A stretch of 64,000 nt of DNA. It comes from Deltaproteobacteria bacterium. GTDB lineage: Bacteria > Desulfobacterota > Desulfovibrionia > Desulfovibrionales > Desulfovibrionaceae. Of this stretch, positions 9,017 through 17,986 are shown piece by piece; position 1 is the first letter of the stretch; each line of letters starts with the position of its first letter. Location: NCBI GenBank assembly GCA_009929215.1, contig SAAX01000004.1, positions 1,032 to 65,031 on the forward strand, written 5' to 3'. The position numbers were made by a program, and so were the translations under genes. The notes beneath the pieces are model-generated. The model was given only the letters and a program-made list of their open reading frames with translations. It had not been told where the DNA came from and did not search any database.

Positions 9017-10594
9017 ATGCTTAATCTGAATACAATATACGGTAAATTTATCAAATACACTATTTTACTTTTGATAGTGCCACCTTCAATATTTTTAACA
9101 TCTTATTTCTATTCCTTTAGAAAAGAAGTCATCACAGATGCTTACACTGACATCTGCGATGAGATCACCAATCAGCAAACAGCGATTTCAGGCTGGTTAA
9201 CCCACCATGAAGATCTGCTTAAATTCGTTGCATCAAGCCCCAATATCGTGCAACAGCCAGAAACAATGCTGGTCATTTTTCAAGCATTCCTAGCAGCACA
9301 TAATGACTTTAACAGCATCATTTTTTTTGACAAACACGGCAACGTCAAGGAAACCATATCCCCCGTTGCATCTGCAAACATTGCCGACAGAGAATATTTT
9401 ATTCGCGCGCGCAATGGCCAAGCGACCATCACATCTCCCCTGGTAAGTCGATTTTCTGGGGAGAACATCGTCGTTATATCGCAACCAGTCTATGGCAATG
9501 CAAATACATTTGAAGGCGTAATAATCGGTGCCATCAGCTTTAAGACCCTGCTTGAAGAGTTTTCTCTTGCCGAAACCAACAACTCTGCACGCCCATACTT
9601 AATTGACGCACAAAGCCAGACCCTTCTGGCCAATATGGGCAAAGACAAGGCCCCAACGATTATTCCCCCGCAAAAGGCAGATGCCGCCCCACAGAGCTAT
9701 CTCAATTCAAACGGAATTCGGGTTCTTGGCGTTAGTGCGCCCATCAATGACGGCAAGTGGCGCATTGCCATTGAAAAGCCATATAGCAGCATTCTAGGCA
9801 GAATGGATTCTTTTTTATTGCGATTTGCTCTCGTCTCGATGCTAAGCCTTGCAATACTCCTTCCATTTATAAAAAAGCATATTTCTGCGACCGTAAAACC
9901 AATTGAAACAATATCAACTCTGTCAACAGACCTTTCACACAACGTTTCAAATGCTGCCTGCCCATATATAGATACAAGCAAGACCCCACAAGAAATAGTT
10001 AATTTGTACCACAATTTCTGCGATATGGCAGAAAAACTTTCCTCATACGTTCAGAAACTGGAACAAAACAACCTGACCGACCCCCTAACGGGCCTTGCAA
10101 ACAGGCGATGCCTTGAAAATGATGGACGCAAGGTTATTGAAATTTGCCGTCGCAGCGGCGTTGCCTGTAGCTGCCTGGTTCTGGATCTGGACCACTTCAA
10201 AAACGTCAACGATACCTATGGGCATCAGACTGGCGATGTGGCCCTGCAAACCGTCAGCGCCATTTTGAAAAACAATACCCGAACTTCTGACATCTGTGCC
10301 CGCTTTGGTGGAGAAGAATTCACAATACTTGCATCGTCAACCACGGCAGAGGCAGCCATGTGCCTTGCCGAAAAAATTCGTGCAGATGTGGAAAAAACTC
10401 CAATTATACACGGCGCTTTGACGTTTAATATCACCGTGAGCATTGGCGTTGCAGAGATACTTCAAGAGAACCATTCGCCCAGCTCTGCCCTGGAGGAAGG
10501 CATTCGCGCCGCAGACTGTGCAATGTACACAGCAAAAAAGACAGGCAGGAATCGGGCAGTGCAATGGAGTGGCGAGCAATGCGGTACGGCATAA
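9017..10594 (+). CDS. Diguanylate cyclase with an N-terminal TM helix, a periplasmic Cache-like sensor domain and a C-terminal GGDEF domain
   Basis: RFGGEEF active-site motif, DHFKNVNDTYGHQTGD, and two TM segments flanking a ~250-aa Cache-like region. RBS GAGGAG lies before the ATG. Confidence 0.9.
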   Translation: MLNLNTIYGKFIKYTILLLIVPPSIFLTSYFYSFRKEVITDAYTDICDEITNQQTAISGWLTHHEDLLKFVASSPNIVQQPETMLVIFQAFLAAHNDFNSIIFFDKHGNVKETISPVASANIADREYFIRARNGQATITSPLVSRFSGENIVVISQPVYGNANTFEGVIIGAISFKTLLEEFSLAETNNSARPYLIDAQSQTLLANMGKDKAPTIIPPQKADAAPQSYLNSNGIRVLGVSAPINDGKWRIAIEKPYSSILGRMDSFLLRFALVSMLSLAILLPFIKKHISATVKPIETISTLSTDLSHNVSNAACPYIDTSKTPQEIVNLYHNFCDMAEKLSSYVQKLEQNNLTDPLTGLANRRCLENDGRKVIEICRRSGVACSCLVLDLDHFKNVNDTYGHQTGDVALQTVSAILKNNTRTSDICARFGGEEFTILASSTTAEAAMCLAEKIRADVEKTPIIHGALTFNITVSIGVAEILQENHSPSSALEEGIRAADCAMYTAKKTGRNRAVQWSGEQCGTA

Positions 10595-10660
10595 GGGGCT
10601 CTACCTCAAAGACGGGGGCATAGCGCCCCAAAGAAAAAATGGGCATACCAAATACAAGAA

Positions 10661-10692
10661 AGGGCTAGCTCGGTTTTCACCGAGCTAGCCCT
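10661..10692. terminator. Strong hairpin between the cyclase gene and tRNA-Pro (bidirectional terminator candidate)
   Basis: A 13-bp perfect stem agggctagctcgg/ccgagctagccct with a 6-nt loop. Confidence 0.7.
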
Positions 10693-10704
10693 TACGTCAT
10701 TCAC

Positions 10705-10781
10705 TGGTCGGAGCGAAAGGATTCGAACCTTCGACTTCCTGCTCCCAAAGCAGGTGCGCTACCAGGCTGCGCCACGCTCCG
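10705..10781 (-). tRNA. tRNA-Pro (anticodon UGG)
   Basis: Hand-folded cloverleaf. Acceptor CGGAGCG/CGCTCCG, D stem GCGC/GCGC, anticodon stem CCTGC/GCAGG with loop TTTGGGA, T loop GGTTCGAATCC, and an encoded CCA. Confidence 0.95.
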
Positions 10782-10810
10782 AAAAAAAACCCGCGCCGTT
10801 GTGGCGCGGG
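10782..10810 (-). terminator. Canonical intrinsic terminator in the 36-nt spacer between tRNA-His and tRNA-Pro
   Basis: The minus strand reads cccgcgcc-acaac-ggcgcggg followed by T8, which abuts nucleotide 1 of tRNA-Pro. Confidence 0.7.
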
Positions 10811-10817
10811 AAAATTG

Positions 10818-10894
10818 TGGGGCGAAAGATGGGACTTGAACCCACGGCCACCTGGGCCACAACCAGGTGCTCTACCTACTGAGCTACTTCCGCC
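10818..10894 (-). tRNA. tRNA-His (anticodon GUG) with encoded G-1
   Basis: G-1 pairs with C73. Acceptor GCGGAAG/CTTTCGC, anticodon stem CCTGG/CCAGG with loop TTGTGGC, T loop GGTTCAAGTCC, and an encoded CCA. Confidence 0.95.
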
Positions 10895-10905
10895 ACGGGA
10901 AGATT

Positions 10906-10934
10906 CATATACGCAGGTATTTTTTCTTTTGCAA
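10906..10934 (-). promoter_or_regulatory. Sigma70-type promoter for tRNA-His
   Basis: The minus strand reads TTGCAA-N17-TATATG, ending ~11 nt upstream of the mature tRNA 5' end. An A/T-rich UP-like tract lies upstream. Confidence 0.6.
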
Positions 10935-11124
10935 GCATTTTTTCCACATAGCTCCATCTGGATTTTATCTAGAAAAGTAACTACACTCCCCAAAGTCGCT
11001 CGGCGCGGTAAAAAATGCCGTTCCGCAGCCTTCATAATTCTTCATATTTGTAAGCCAGCAGCGCCATTCACGATCGCAGAACGCTGGCAACATAGTGCAG
11101 CAAAAAAATATTTCGGGGACACAC

Positions 11125-12375
11125 ATGGACAAACTGGTTATCGAAGGCGGCGTTCCGCTTACTGGCGCTATCGAGGTTAGCGGCTCAAAAAATGCAGCTC
11201 TGCCCATTCTTTTTGCCTGCATACTGCTGTCAGAGCCGGTCACCATAACCAATGTGCCCAACCTGCGCGATATACACACCACCATCAAGCTCCTGAACAT
11301 GTTGGGCTGCAACTGCGAATACGCCGACCATCGGGTGCAGGTGCAGCCCGGCAATTTACTGCCAGAGGCCCCCTATGACCTGGTACGCACCATGCGTGCC
11401 TCGGTGCTGTGCCTTGGCCCTCTGCTGGCCCGCATTGGTCAGGCCCGCGTGGCCCTGCCCGGCGGCTGCGCCATCGGTGCCCGCCCCGTAGACCAGCACC
11501 TCAAGGGGCTGGAGCTTATGGGCGCGAGCTTTCAGCTTGAAGAAGGCTACATCATTGGCCGCTGCCGCAAGCTCAAGGGCGCGCATATTTCATTCGATAT
11601 GCCAACCGTGGGCGGCACAGAAAACCTGCTTATGGCCGCAGCCCTTGCCGAGGGCGAAACCGTGCTCGAAAACGCCGCGCGCGAACCAGAAATTGTTGAC
11701 CTTGCAAACTTTTTGCGGGCCTGCGGCGCAAAAATCGAAGGACACGGCACGTCAGTAATCCGTATTGAAGGCGTCACCTCACTGCACGATGGCGAATATC
11801 CCGTCATGCCCGACCGCATAGAAGCCGGAACATTCCTTGTTGCTGCGGGCATTACCGGCGGCGAACTGATGCTGCGCAACTGCCCCTTCAAGGATCTGGA
11901 AGCGGTCATTCTCAAGCTGCGCAGCATGGGCATGGAAATCACCAGCACCCCCGAGGGCGTGCTGGCGCGTTGCGCTGGCCGCCTGCGCGGCACAGACGTA
12001 AAAACCCAGCCCTACCCCGGTTTTCCCACCGACATGCAGGCCCAGCTCATGGCGCTTATGTGTCTGGCCGAAGGGGCCAGCGTGGTGGAAGAAAGCATTT
12101 TTGAAAACCGCTTCATGCATGTGCTTGAACTCATGCGCATGGGCGCACAGATCAAGGTTTCTGGGCACACGGCCATGGTGCGCGGCGTGCAAAAGCTCAC
12201 CGGCGCGCCAGTGATGGCCTCTGACCTGCGCGCCAGCGCCTCGCTGGTGCTTGCGGGCCTTGCGGCCAAGGGCGTTACCGAAGTGCGCCGCATCTACCAC
12301 CTTGACCGTGGCTACGAAAGCATCGAGCACAAGCTCAACGCCGTTGGCGCGCGCATTCGCCGCGAACACGAATAA
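11125..12375 (+). CDS. murA: UDP-N-acetylglucosamine 1-carboxyvinyltransferase
   Basis: [29 protein letters not shown]...; full-length MurA-like sequence with the conserved catalytic-loop region. The start was moved to the internal ATG. Confidence 0.95.
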   Translation: MDKLVIEGGVPLTGAIEVSGSKNAALPILFACILLSEPVTITNVPNLRDIHTTIKLLNMLGCNCEYADHRVQVQPGNLLPEAPYDLVRTMRASVLCLGPLLARIGQARVALPGGCAIGARPVDQHLKGLELMGASFQLEEGYIIGRCRKLKGAHISFDMPTVGGTENLLMAAALAEGETVLENAAREPEIVDLANFLRACGAKIEGHGTSVIRIEGVTSLHDGEYPVMPDRIEAGTFLVAAGITGGELMLRNCPFKDLEAVILKLRSMGMEITSTPEGVLARCAGRLRGTDVKTQPYPGFPTDMQAQLMALMCLAEGASVVEESIFENRFMHVLELMRMGAQIKVSGHTAMVRGVQKLTGAPVMASDLRASASLVLAGLAAKGVTEVRRIYHLDRGYESIEHKLNAVGARIRREHE

Positions 12376-12462
12376 TCACCTGAGCCGCTGCCCCAACCGG
12401 GATGCAGCCCCACAGGCATTGATAAAGATGTTTTGCCCCACTGCGGGCTTCAGGAGAATCCC

Positions 12463-13176
12463 ATGAAACGACTGGCTCTTGTTTTGCTGCTGCTTTCCAT
12501 GGCGCTGATCAACGGCTGCGCCTACACTGGCTATTCCATCTATGACGACCAGCGGCTTATGGGAACCATCTCCGACGACAAGGAACTCTCGGCAAAAATC
12601 AAAACTGCCCTGCTGGACGAAAGCTTCTCTGGCGGTTGGTCTGTGGCGGTTTACAGCTTCTACGGTCATGTCTTCCTCGTGGGTGAAGTGCCCGAAAACA
12701 TGCAGGACAAGGCCGTAACCATCGCCAACCGTTACAAGCCCCGCACGGTCACCACGCACTGGTTTACCCCCGCTACCAGTGAAACAAGCAATATTGTGCT
12801 GGCCACCAAACTGCGTACAGACCTCATTGGAACCAAGGGGCTCTCGTCCACGCGCATAGACACAGAGGTCAATTCTGGCCGCGTGGTTTTGCTGGGTGTG
12901 GTCAAGGATGAATCGGAAAAACAGCTTGCCATACAGGCCGCACGCGGCGTTGCTGGCGTAACTACGGTGACAAGCTACCTCATGCTGCCCCAAAAGGCGG
13001 GCCAGCTCGACAACATACAGCCTGAACACGCTGCAGGGGTTAGCCCCATGGACGGCAGCATGGAACCCTCGGGCAGCGGCAGCACGCCGAGTTATGGCAA
13101 CCCCAGCGGCAGTGCGGGCGGTAGCTCGGGCAACTCAGGCGGCGCTGGCGGCGTGGAATCGCGCGATCTGCCGTAG
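12463..13176 (+). CDS. BON-domain lipoprotein (OsmY-like) with a Gly/Ser-rich tail
   Basis: Lipobox LINGC after a signal peptide ([19 protein letters not shown]). Two BON-like segments are present (...[34 protein letters not shown]). RBS AGGAGA. Confidence 0.8.
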   Translation: MKRLALVLLLLSMALINGCAYTGYSIYDDQRLMGTISDDKELSAKIKTALLDESFSGGWSVAVYSFYGHVFLVGEVPENMQDKAVTIANRYKPRTVTTHWFTPATSETSNIVLATKLRTDLIGTKGLSSTRIDTEVNSGRVVLLGVVKDESEKQLAIQAARGVAGVTTVTSYLMLPQKAGQLDNIQPEHAAGVSPMDGSMEPSGSGSTPSYGNPSGSAGGSSGNSGGAGGVESRDLP

Positions 13177-13201
13177 CCAGCCCATCGACATAAAAACAAT
13201 C

Positions 13202-13239
13202 AGCCCCCAAGACAGAATCTGTTTTGGGGGCTTTGATTT
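13202..13239. terminator. Bidirectional intrinsic terminator between convergent genes
   Basis: agcccccaa ... ttgggggct stem with an inner gacag/ctgt extension. T-rich tracts follow on both strands. Confidence 0.7.
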
Positions 13240-13308
13240 GGCCTCGCAAAAAATTATGGGCAAAGCGTGCCCAGCAGAGTGCGCAATCTTGCACCAACCA
13301 GATACAGC

Positions 13309-13812
13309 TTAACCCAACTTTTCCCGCAACTTCGCACCCAGACGGCACAACACGGGGTTGCCCTCGGCCTCAAAGCCCTTCCAGCCGCTCTCCACATAGG
13401 CAAGCAGTGCGGCCACGGTTTCCAGCGCGTCTTCCACGCTGTCGACCCAGCCGTTCACCGCACCGTGCAGCATGAGCCCCGGCCCTTCCAGCGGGCCGCG
13501 TATGCCCAGCAGCGGAACCCCGGCACCGGCGGCCAGCCCCACCTCTACCCCGGCGTCCTGCCCAGAAGCTCCGTAATAAATCACCATATCTGCCCTCAGG
13601 CAGGCGTGGTGGCAAAAGGCGTACACCTCGCCGCCGTCACGGTCGGTATCCATCCATATGCGGCGCTCGGCGGGGGTGAGCCCGGGCGGCGGCACGGCCT
13701 TGTCTGTCCAGTCCAGCATGCGGCAGCCCAAGGTCCGCAGCTCGCGCCCCAACAGGCGTACTCCGTGTTTGTGCTTGAACGATCCGGCAACATAGATGGT
13801 CAACTGAGCCAT
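13309..13812 (-). CDS. Nucleoside 2-deoxyribosyltransferase-like superfamily protein
   Basis: MAQLTIYVAGSFK... followed by ...DMVIYYGASGQDAGVEVGLAAGAGVPLLG, the typical NDT-like Rossmann pattern. RBS AAGGAA. The start was moved to the internal ATG. Confidence 0.6.
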   Translation of the reverse strand: MAQLTIYVAGSFKHKHGVRLLGRELRTLGCRMLDWTDKAVPPPGLTPAERRIWMDTDRDGGEVYAFCHHACLRADMVIYYGASGQDAGVEVGLAAGAGVPLLGIRGPLEGPGLMLHGAVNGWVDSVEDALETVAALLAYVESGWKGFEAEGNPVLCRLGAKLREKLG

Positions 13813-13921
13813 TGGTTCTTGTTCCTTTGCAGAAGCTGGCAAACTGCTGGCAGCCCCCGGTGACAGTTTGGGCCAGCATGGTGGCAGACTGGTGGCGACT
13901 GGTGCAGACTGGTGGGGTGAG

Positions 13922-14425
13922 CTAAAATTCTATGCCCGGCGCAGCCTTTACGCCAGTGCGCCAGGGGTGCTTGACTTCTGTCATGGAGGTGACCAGATCC
14001 GCCGCTTCAACCAGCCAATCGGGCGCGTTGCGGCCAGAGAGCACCAGATGCCGCCCGTGAGTGCGGGCCGCTGCCATGAGCTCTTCCAGTTCCTGCCGTT
14101 CAACAATGCCCGAACCAAGAGCGTACAGGCTTTCGTCCAGCACCAGCATATCTACCTGATCAAGCTGCGCCCGCGCCCATTCAAGCACGCGCAGGGCCGC
14201 CTGACGGTGCGCGGGGCGATCTGCATCGTTGCGCAAAAAACCCATTCCACCTGCAAAAAAACGCTCGTCCAGCAGCCTTGCCAGCATGGCCTGCTCGCCC
14301 GCCTGCCCGCTGCGCTTCATAAACTGCCCAAAGGCCACGGTCATGTTCTGCCCAAGGGCGCGCACGGTCTGCCCCACGCAGGCACTTGTTTTGCCTTTGC
14401 CGTCACCCGTGTACACAAGAATCAT
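13922..14425 (-). CDS. cobO: Cob(I)yrinic acid a,c-diamide adenosyltransferase (CobO/BtuR type)
   Basis: ILVYTGDGKGKTSACVGQTVRALG P-loop, DMLVLDE, and KHPWRTGVKAAPGIEF at the C-terminus. The ATG at 14425 overlaps the upstream stop (TAATG). Confidence 0.9.
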   Translation of the reverse strand: MILVYTGDGKGKTSACVGQTVRALGQNMTVAFGQFMKRSGQAGEQAMLARLLDERFFAGGMGFLRNDADRPAHRQAALRVLEWARAQLDQVDMLVLDESLYALGSGIVERQELEELMAAARTHGRHLVLSGRNAPDWLVEAADLVTSMTEVKHPWRTGVKAAPGIEF

Positions 14426-15429
14426 TATTTCCAAACTCCCGGAATCTGCACACTGCACGCGGGGCATTTGCCCTCCAGGCCGCGCGCCCGCGTATCGTAC
14501 ATGTCGCGTTCTATAACCACAGCCCCGCACGCGGGGCAAAAGGTATTGCTGCCCAAGGCACTGCGGGCATTGCCAATATACACATACTGCAAACCGGCCT
14601 GACGCCCTAGGCTCCAGGTTTTTTCCAGCGTAGCCAGGGGCGTGTCCGGGTGGTCGATCATCAGGTGCGCACCGTGAAAGCCCGAAATATGCCAGGGCGT
14701 ATCCGGCCCCAGTTCATCGCGAATAAATCCCGCCAGTTCGGCAAGCTCCTCCTGCCCGTCGTTGACGCCGGGAATGATCAGCGTTGTGACCTCAAGCCAC
14801 CAGCCCATTTTTTTGATAGCCTTCAGATTGTCCAGCACGGGCTGAAGGCGGGCCCCGCAATATTTGCGGTAAAAACCGTCACTAAACGACTTCAGATCCA
14901 CATTGGCCGCGCAGACACATCGGCTCAGGGCCGACAGGCAATCCTTGGACATGTAGCCATTGGTCACAAGCACGTTGCGCATACCCTTTTTAAGAGCCAT
15001 GCCCGCTGTTTCGTACATCAGCTCAAAAAACACCGTGGGCTCATTATAGGTATAGGCAATACTGCGGGCGTGGTTACTCTCGGCCAGGGCCAGCAGATCC
15101 TGTGGCGCAACCCGTTTGCCCGGCACTACGCCGTTTTCGGGCACATGCGCAATACTGCTGTTCTGACAAAATTTACAGGAAAAATTGCAACCGGCACTGC
15201 CTATGGAAAAAATTTTGCTGCCCGGCAAAAAATGGTACAGGGGCTTTTTTTCTACAGGGTCCATTGCCGCAGCCGTTACAACCTGGCTGACCAGCGAAAC
15301 CAGCTTGCCGCGCATATTGACGCGCACCCCGCAAATGCCCTTGGCCCCGTTGCGCAAACGGCATCTGTGCGCGCACAGACGGCACACAACGGTTCCGTCA
15401 GGCTGAGAATCCCACAGCGCTGCAAACAT
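14425..15429 (-). CDS. AmmeMemoRadiSam-system-type radical SAM enzyme (PflA-like activase fold)
   Basis: N-terminal Cys cluster (VVCRLCAHRCRLRNGAKGICGVR), DPVEKKPLYHF, and the radical SAM motif GCNFSCKFCQN. RBS GGGAGAGG lies inside the upstream gene's 3' end. Confidence 0.8.
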   Translation of the reverse strand: MFAALWDSQPDGTVVCRLCAHRCRLRNGAKGICGVRVNMRGKLVSLVSQVVTAAAMDPVEKKPLYHFLPGSKIFSIGSAGCNFSCKFCQNSSIAHVPENGVVPGKRVAPQDLLALAESNHARSIAYTYNEPTVFFELMYETAGMALKKGMRNVLVTNGYMSKDCLSALSRCVCAANVDLKSFSDGFYRKYCGARLQPVLDNLKAIKKMGWWLEVTTLIIPGVNDGQEELAELAGFIRDELGPDTPWHISGFHGAHLMIDHPDTPLATLEKTWSLGRQAGLQYVYIGNARSALGSNTFCPACGAVVIERDMYDTRARGLEGKCPACSVQIPGVWK

Positions 15430-15431
15430 GC

Positions 15432-16568
15432 TTAACGCCTCTCCCTTCCATCGCGGCTTCTGTCTGCATCGCGGTGGTCATACGGTGAATTGCCCTGCTG
15501 GCCCGGGCGCGTATCATACCTGTCACCACTGCGAGGATCATGCTGGCCTGAATGTTGACCGGGGTATTGGCCCGAATGCTGGCCGGGATACGGCGAAGGC
15601 GGCGGGCCATTATAGTGGCCATCGTATCTGTCGTCGTGACGGCGGTCGTCGGGCCGCCCATCGCTGTGTCGCCTGTCAGGCTGCCGATGCCGATCATGGT
15701 CGGGCGGCCTGCCATACTGCACTGGCGGCTGCCACATAACCGGGGGCTGCATGTACGGCTGACCGGGTCTGGGCATGGGCACATAGGGATTGCCCCCCCA
15801 GTGGTTGCCATCGGGGTAAATTTGCGGCGCGACAAAGAACGTACCGTAGTTCTGCTGCTCAGGAGGGGCAGGCGGCACTACAGAAGTTACAATATCGCCA
15901 GTTTGAGGATCGCGATACTGGGTGGCGATGCCCCGGTCGTTGTAATTTTCGCCCTGTAGCTGGCTTGTGCCATACACAACATCGCCCCCCTGCGCGCCAG
16001 AATAGGGCGCAGAAGGATATGGCCCAGAAGGATATGGCCCAGAAGGATATGTTGCAGCCGGATACGGAGCTGATGGATACGGCGCATAGCCGGGTTCATA
16101 GTTGGGCGCAGCAACCGAACCAGGCATGGCAGCGGCATTGGGAGCCTGTGCAGCAGGACTGGTGGAAGAATCCGCCGCAGTGCCCGGGGCAGGCAGACCG
16201 CCAATAGACGAATAGGGCATCATGCCCCCTGAGGGCCAGGGCGCTGGGCCATCCGCTGTGCCTGTAGCACCAGCTTGTGGTGTTGAGGCTTGTGGTGCGG
16301 CAGCAACCTGGCCGGGGGCTGATGCATGGCCCACCGCTGCGGGCTGGCCTGCCGCCTGTACGGCGGCGCTGGACGTATCCTGAACGCTTTGCTGGCCCTG
16401 CCCGCCTTGTTGGGCCTGCGGGGCATGCGCCGCAGGCTGGACTGGCCCAAGCTTTGCTCCAGTTACGGGTGCGCGGTATCCCGCAACGTTTTCTGCTGCA
16501 TCGGGCGCAACGAGAGAAACGAACGTCAGTACGGCGCAGAAAAAAATCTCACTGGCATATCCACGCAT
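15432..16568 (-). CDS. Secreted low-complexity Pro/Gln/Tyr/Gly-rich protein with a His/Asp/Arg-rich C-terminus (378 aa)
   Basis: ATG at 16568 is preceded by AAAGGAG. Signal peptide MRGYASEIFFCAVLTFVSLVAPDAA. Repeats include YPSGPYPSGPYPSAPY and GQHSGQYPGQHSGQH, plus DRRHDDRYDGHY-type runs. The stop lies 2 nt before the radical SAM start. Confidence 0.65.
   Translation of the reverse strand: MRGYASEIFFCAVLTFVSLVAPDAAENVAGYRAPVTGAKLGPVQPAAHAPQAQQGGQGQQSVQDTSSAAVQAAGQPAAVGHASAPGQVAAAPQASTPQAGATGTADGPAPWPSGGMMPYSSIGGLPAPGTAADSSTSPAAQAPNAAAMPGSVAAPNYEPGYAPYPSAPYPAATYPSGPYPSGPYPSAPYSGAQGGDVVYGTSQLQGENYNDRGIATQYRDPQTGDIVTSVVPPAPPEQQNYGTFFVAPQIYPDGNHWGGNPYVPMPRPGQPYMQPPVMWQPPVQYGRPPDHDRHRQPDRRHSDGRPDDRRHDDRYDGHYNGPPPSPYPGQHSGQYPGQHSGQHDPRSGDRYDTRPGQQGNSPYDHRDADRSRDGRERR
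16011..16052. repeat. 15-bp tandem repeat (agaaggatatggccc, about 2.8 copies)
   Basis: Direct reading shows agaaggatatggccc agaaggatatggccc agaaggatatgt. It encodes the YPSGP repeats of the minus-strand gene. Confidence 0.85.
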
Positions 16569-16711
16569 GGCACGCTCCTTTCCCCTCCGACCCCATTCTA
16601 GCAGTGCCGGCAGGGCTGGTCTATGAAAAAACACGCGGGAAGAGGCGTAAAAAGTCGCTTGGGGTTTGCCAGAAGCTGTGTTATGTAGAGCAGATTCAAA
16701 GGAGGCATCGG

Positions 16712-17770
16712 ATGTCCAGCGACCGCGCAAAAGCCTACACACAGGCAGGCGTTGATATCGAGGCGGGAAACTCACTGGTTTCGCGCATCAAAGGCATGGT
16801 TCAGAGCACGCAGACCAGAGGCGTCATTTCCGACATTGGCGGCTTCGGCGGCCTGTTCCGGCCTGACCTCAACGGCATGACTGAGCCTGTGCTTGTTTCT
16901 TCCACCGACGGTGTGGGAACCAAGCTCAAAGTGGCTTTTGCCTGCAACAAGCACGATACCGTGGGCATCGACCTTGTGGCCATGAGTGTCAACGACATTC
17001 TGGTGCAGGGTGCAAACCCCCTGTTTTTTCTCGACTACTTTGCCACCGGCAAGCTTGATGTAGAAATAGCCCAAACCGTCATTGGCGGCGTGGCCGAAGG
17101 CTGCCGTCAGGCAAATTGCGCGCTGCTTGGCGGTGAAACCGCCGAAATGCCCGACATGTACGCAGACGGCGAATACGATCTGGCCGGTTTTTGCGTGGGT
17201 ATTGTGGACAATGCCAAGCTCATCGACGGATCGGGCATTCAGGTGGGCGACAAGATTATCGGCATCGCCTCCTCGGGCCTGCATTCCAACGGCTTTTCGC
17301 TGGCCCGCAAGGTGCTTGCGCAGAGCGGTCTTGCCTTCACCGATCCCTTCCCCGGAGCGGACGGCGCAACGGTTGGCGATGTGCTGCTGACCCCCACCAC
17401 CATCTATGTGGAGGCGGTGCGCCCCCTGCTGCGCGACATGAACGTAAAAGGCATGGCCCACATCACGGGCGGCGGCTTTTACGACAATATTCCCCGCGTG
17501 TTGCCCACTCAGGTGGAAGCGCGCATCAATTTTGGCAGCTGGCAGATGGCCCCGGTCTTTAACTGGCTTAAAGAAGCGGGCAACCTCAGCTGGCCTGAAA
17601 TTTTGCAGATATTCAACGGCGGCATCGGCTTTGTGCTGGTTGTGCCCGCCGATCAGGCCGAAGAAGCCATCAGCCGCATCCAGGCCTTCAAGCTGCGGGC
17701 CTGGTGCATAGGCGACATCGCCCGCCGCTCAAAGGATGACGACCAGGAACAGGTTCTCATCAACTTTTAG
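16712..17770 (+). CDS. purM: Phosphoribosylformylglycinamidine cyclo-ligase (AIR synthetase)
   Basis: MSSDRAKAYTQAGVDIEAGN..., DGVGTKL, and GGETAEMP motifs. RBS AAAGGAGG lies before ATG 16712. Confidence 0.95.
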   Translation: MSSDRAKAYTQAGVDIEAGNSLVSRIKGMVQSTQTRGVISDIGGFGGLFRPDLNGMTEPVLVSSTDGVGTKLKVAFACNKHDTVGIDLVAMSVNDILVQGANPLFFLDYFATGKLDVEIAQTVIGGVAEGCRQANCALLGGETAEMPDMYADGEYDLAGFCVGIVDNAKLIDGSGIQVGDKIIGIASSGLHSNGFSLARKVLAQSGLAFTDPFPGADGATVGDVLLTPTTIYVEAVRPLLRDMNVKGMAHITGGGFYDNIPRVLPTQVEARINFGSWQMAPVFNWLKEAGNLSWPEILQIFNGGIGFVLVVPADQAEEAISRIQAFKLRAWCIGDIARRSKDDDQEQVLINF

Positions 17771-17986
17771 TCTGTATAAAGGGCCGCCTGCAAAAACGGG
17801 CGGCCCTACTGTATGACAAACCCGCAGCGCGGGACACAGGCCGCCATTGGCGGCAACGCCGCCGCGCGGAAATTCCGGCGGCTTTTTTATTTTTGCGGTG
17901 CTGGTTGTGCAGGGTCTTACCGCCAGCCAGCAAGCCCCATTTTGCCCGCACGCGGCTTTTGCCGCCACAATCAGCAGGAGGCTTTC

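Noticed and set aside
15398-15835. Alternative minus-strand frames within the repeat-protein gene (for example 15398..15835 and 15887..16204).
   Set aside because: These are overlapping frames of a repetitive GC-rich gene. Only the 15432..16568 frame has a signal peptide, a strong RBS and coupling to the downstream radical SAM gene.
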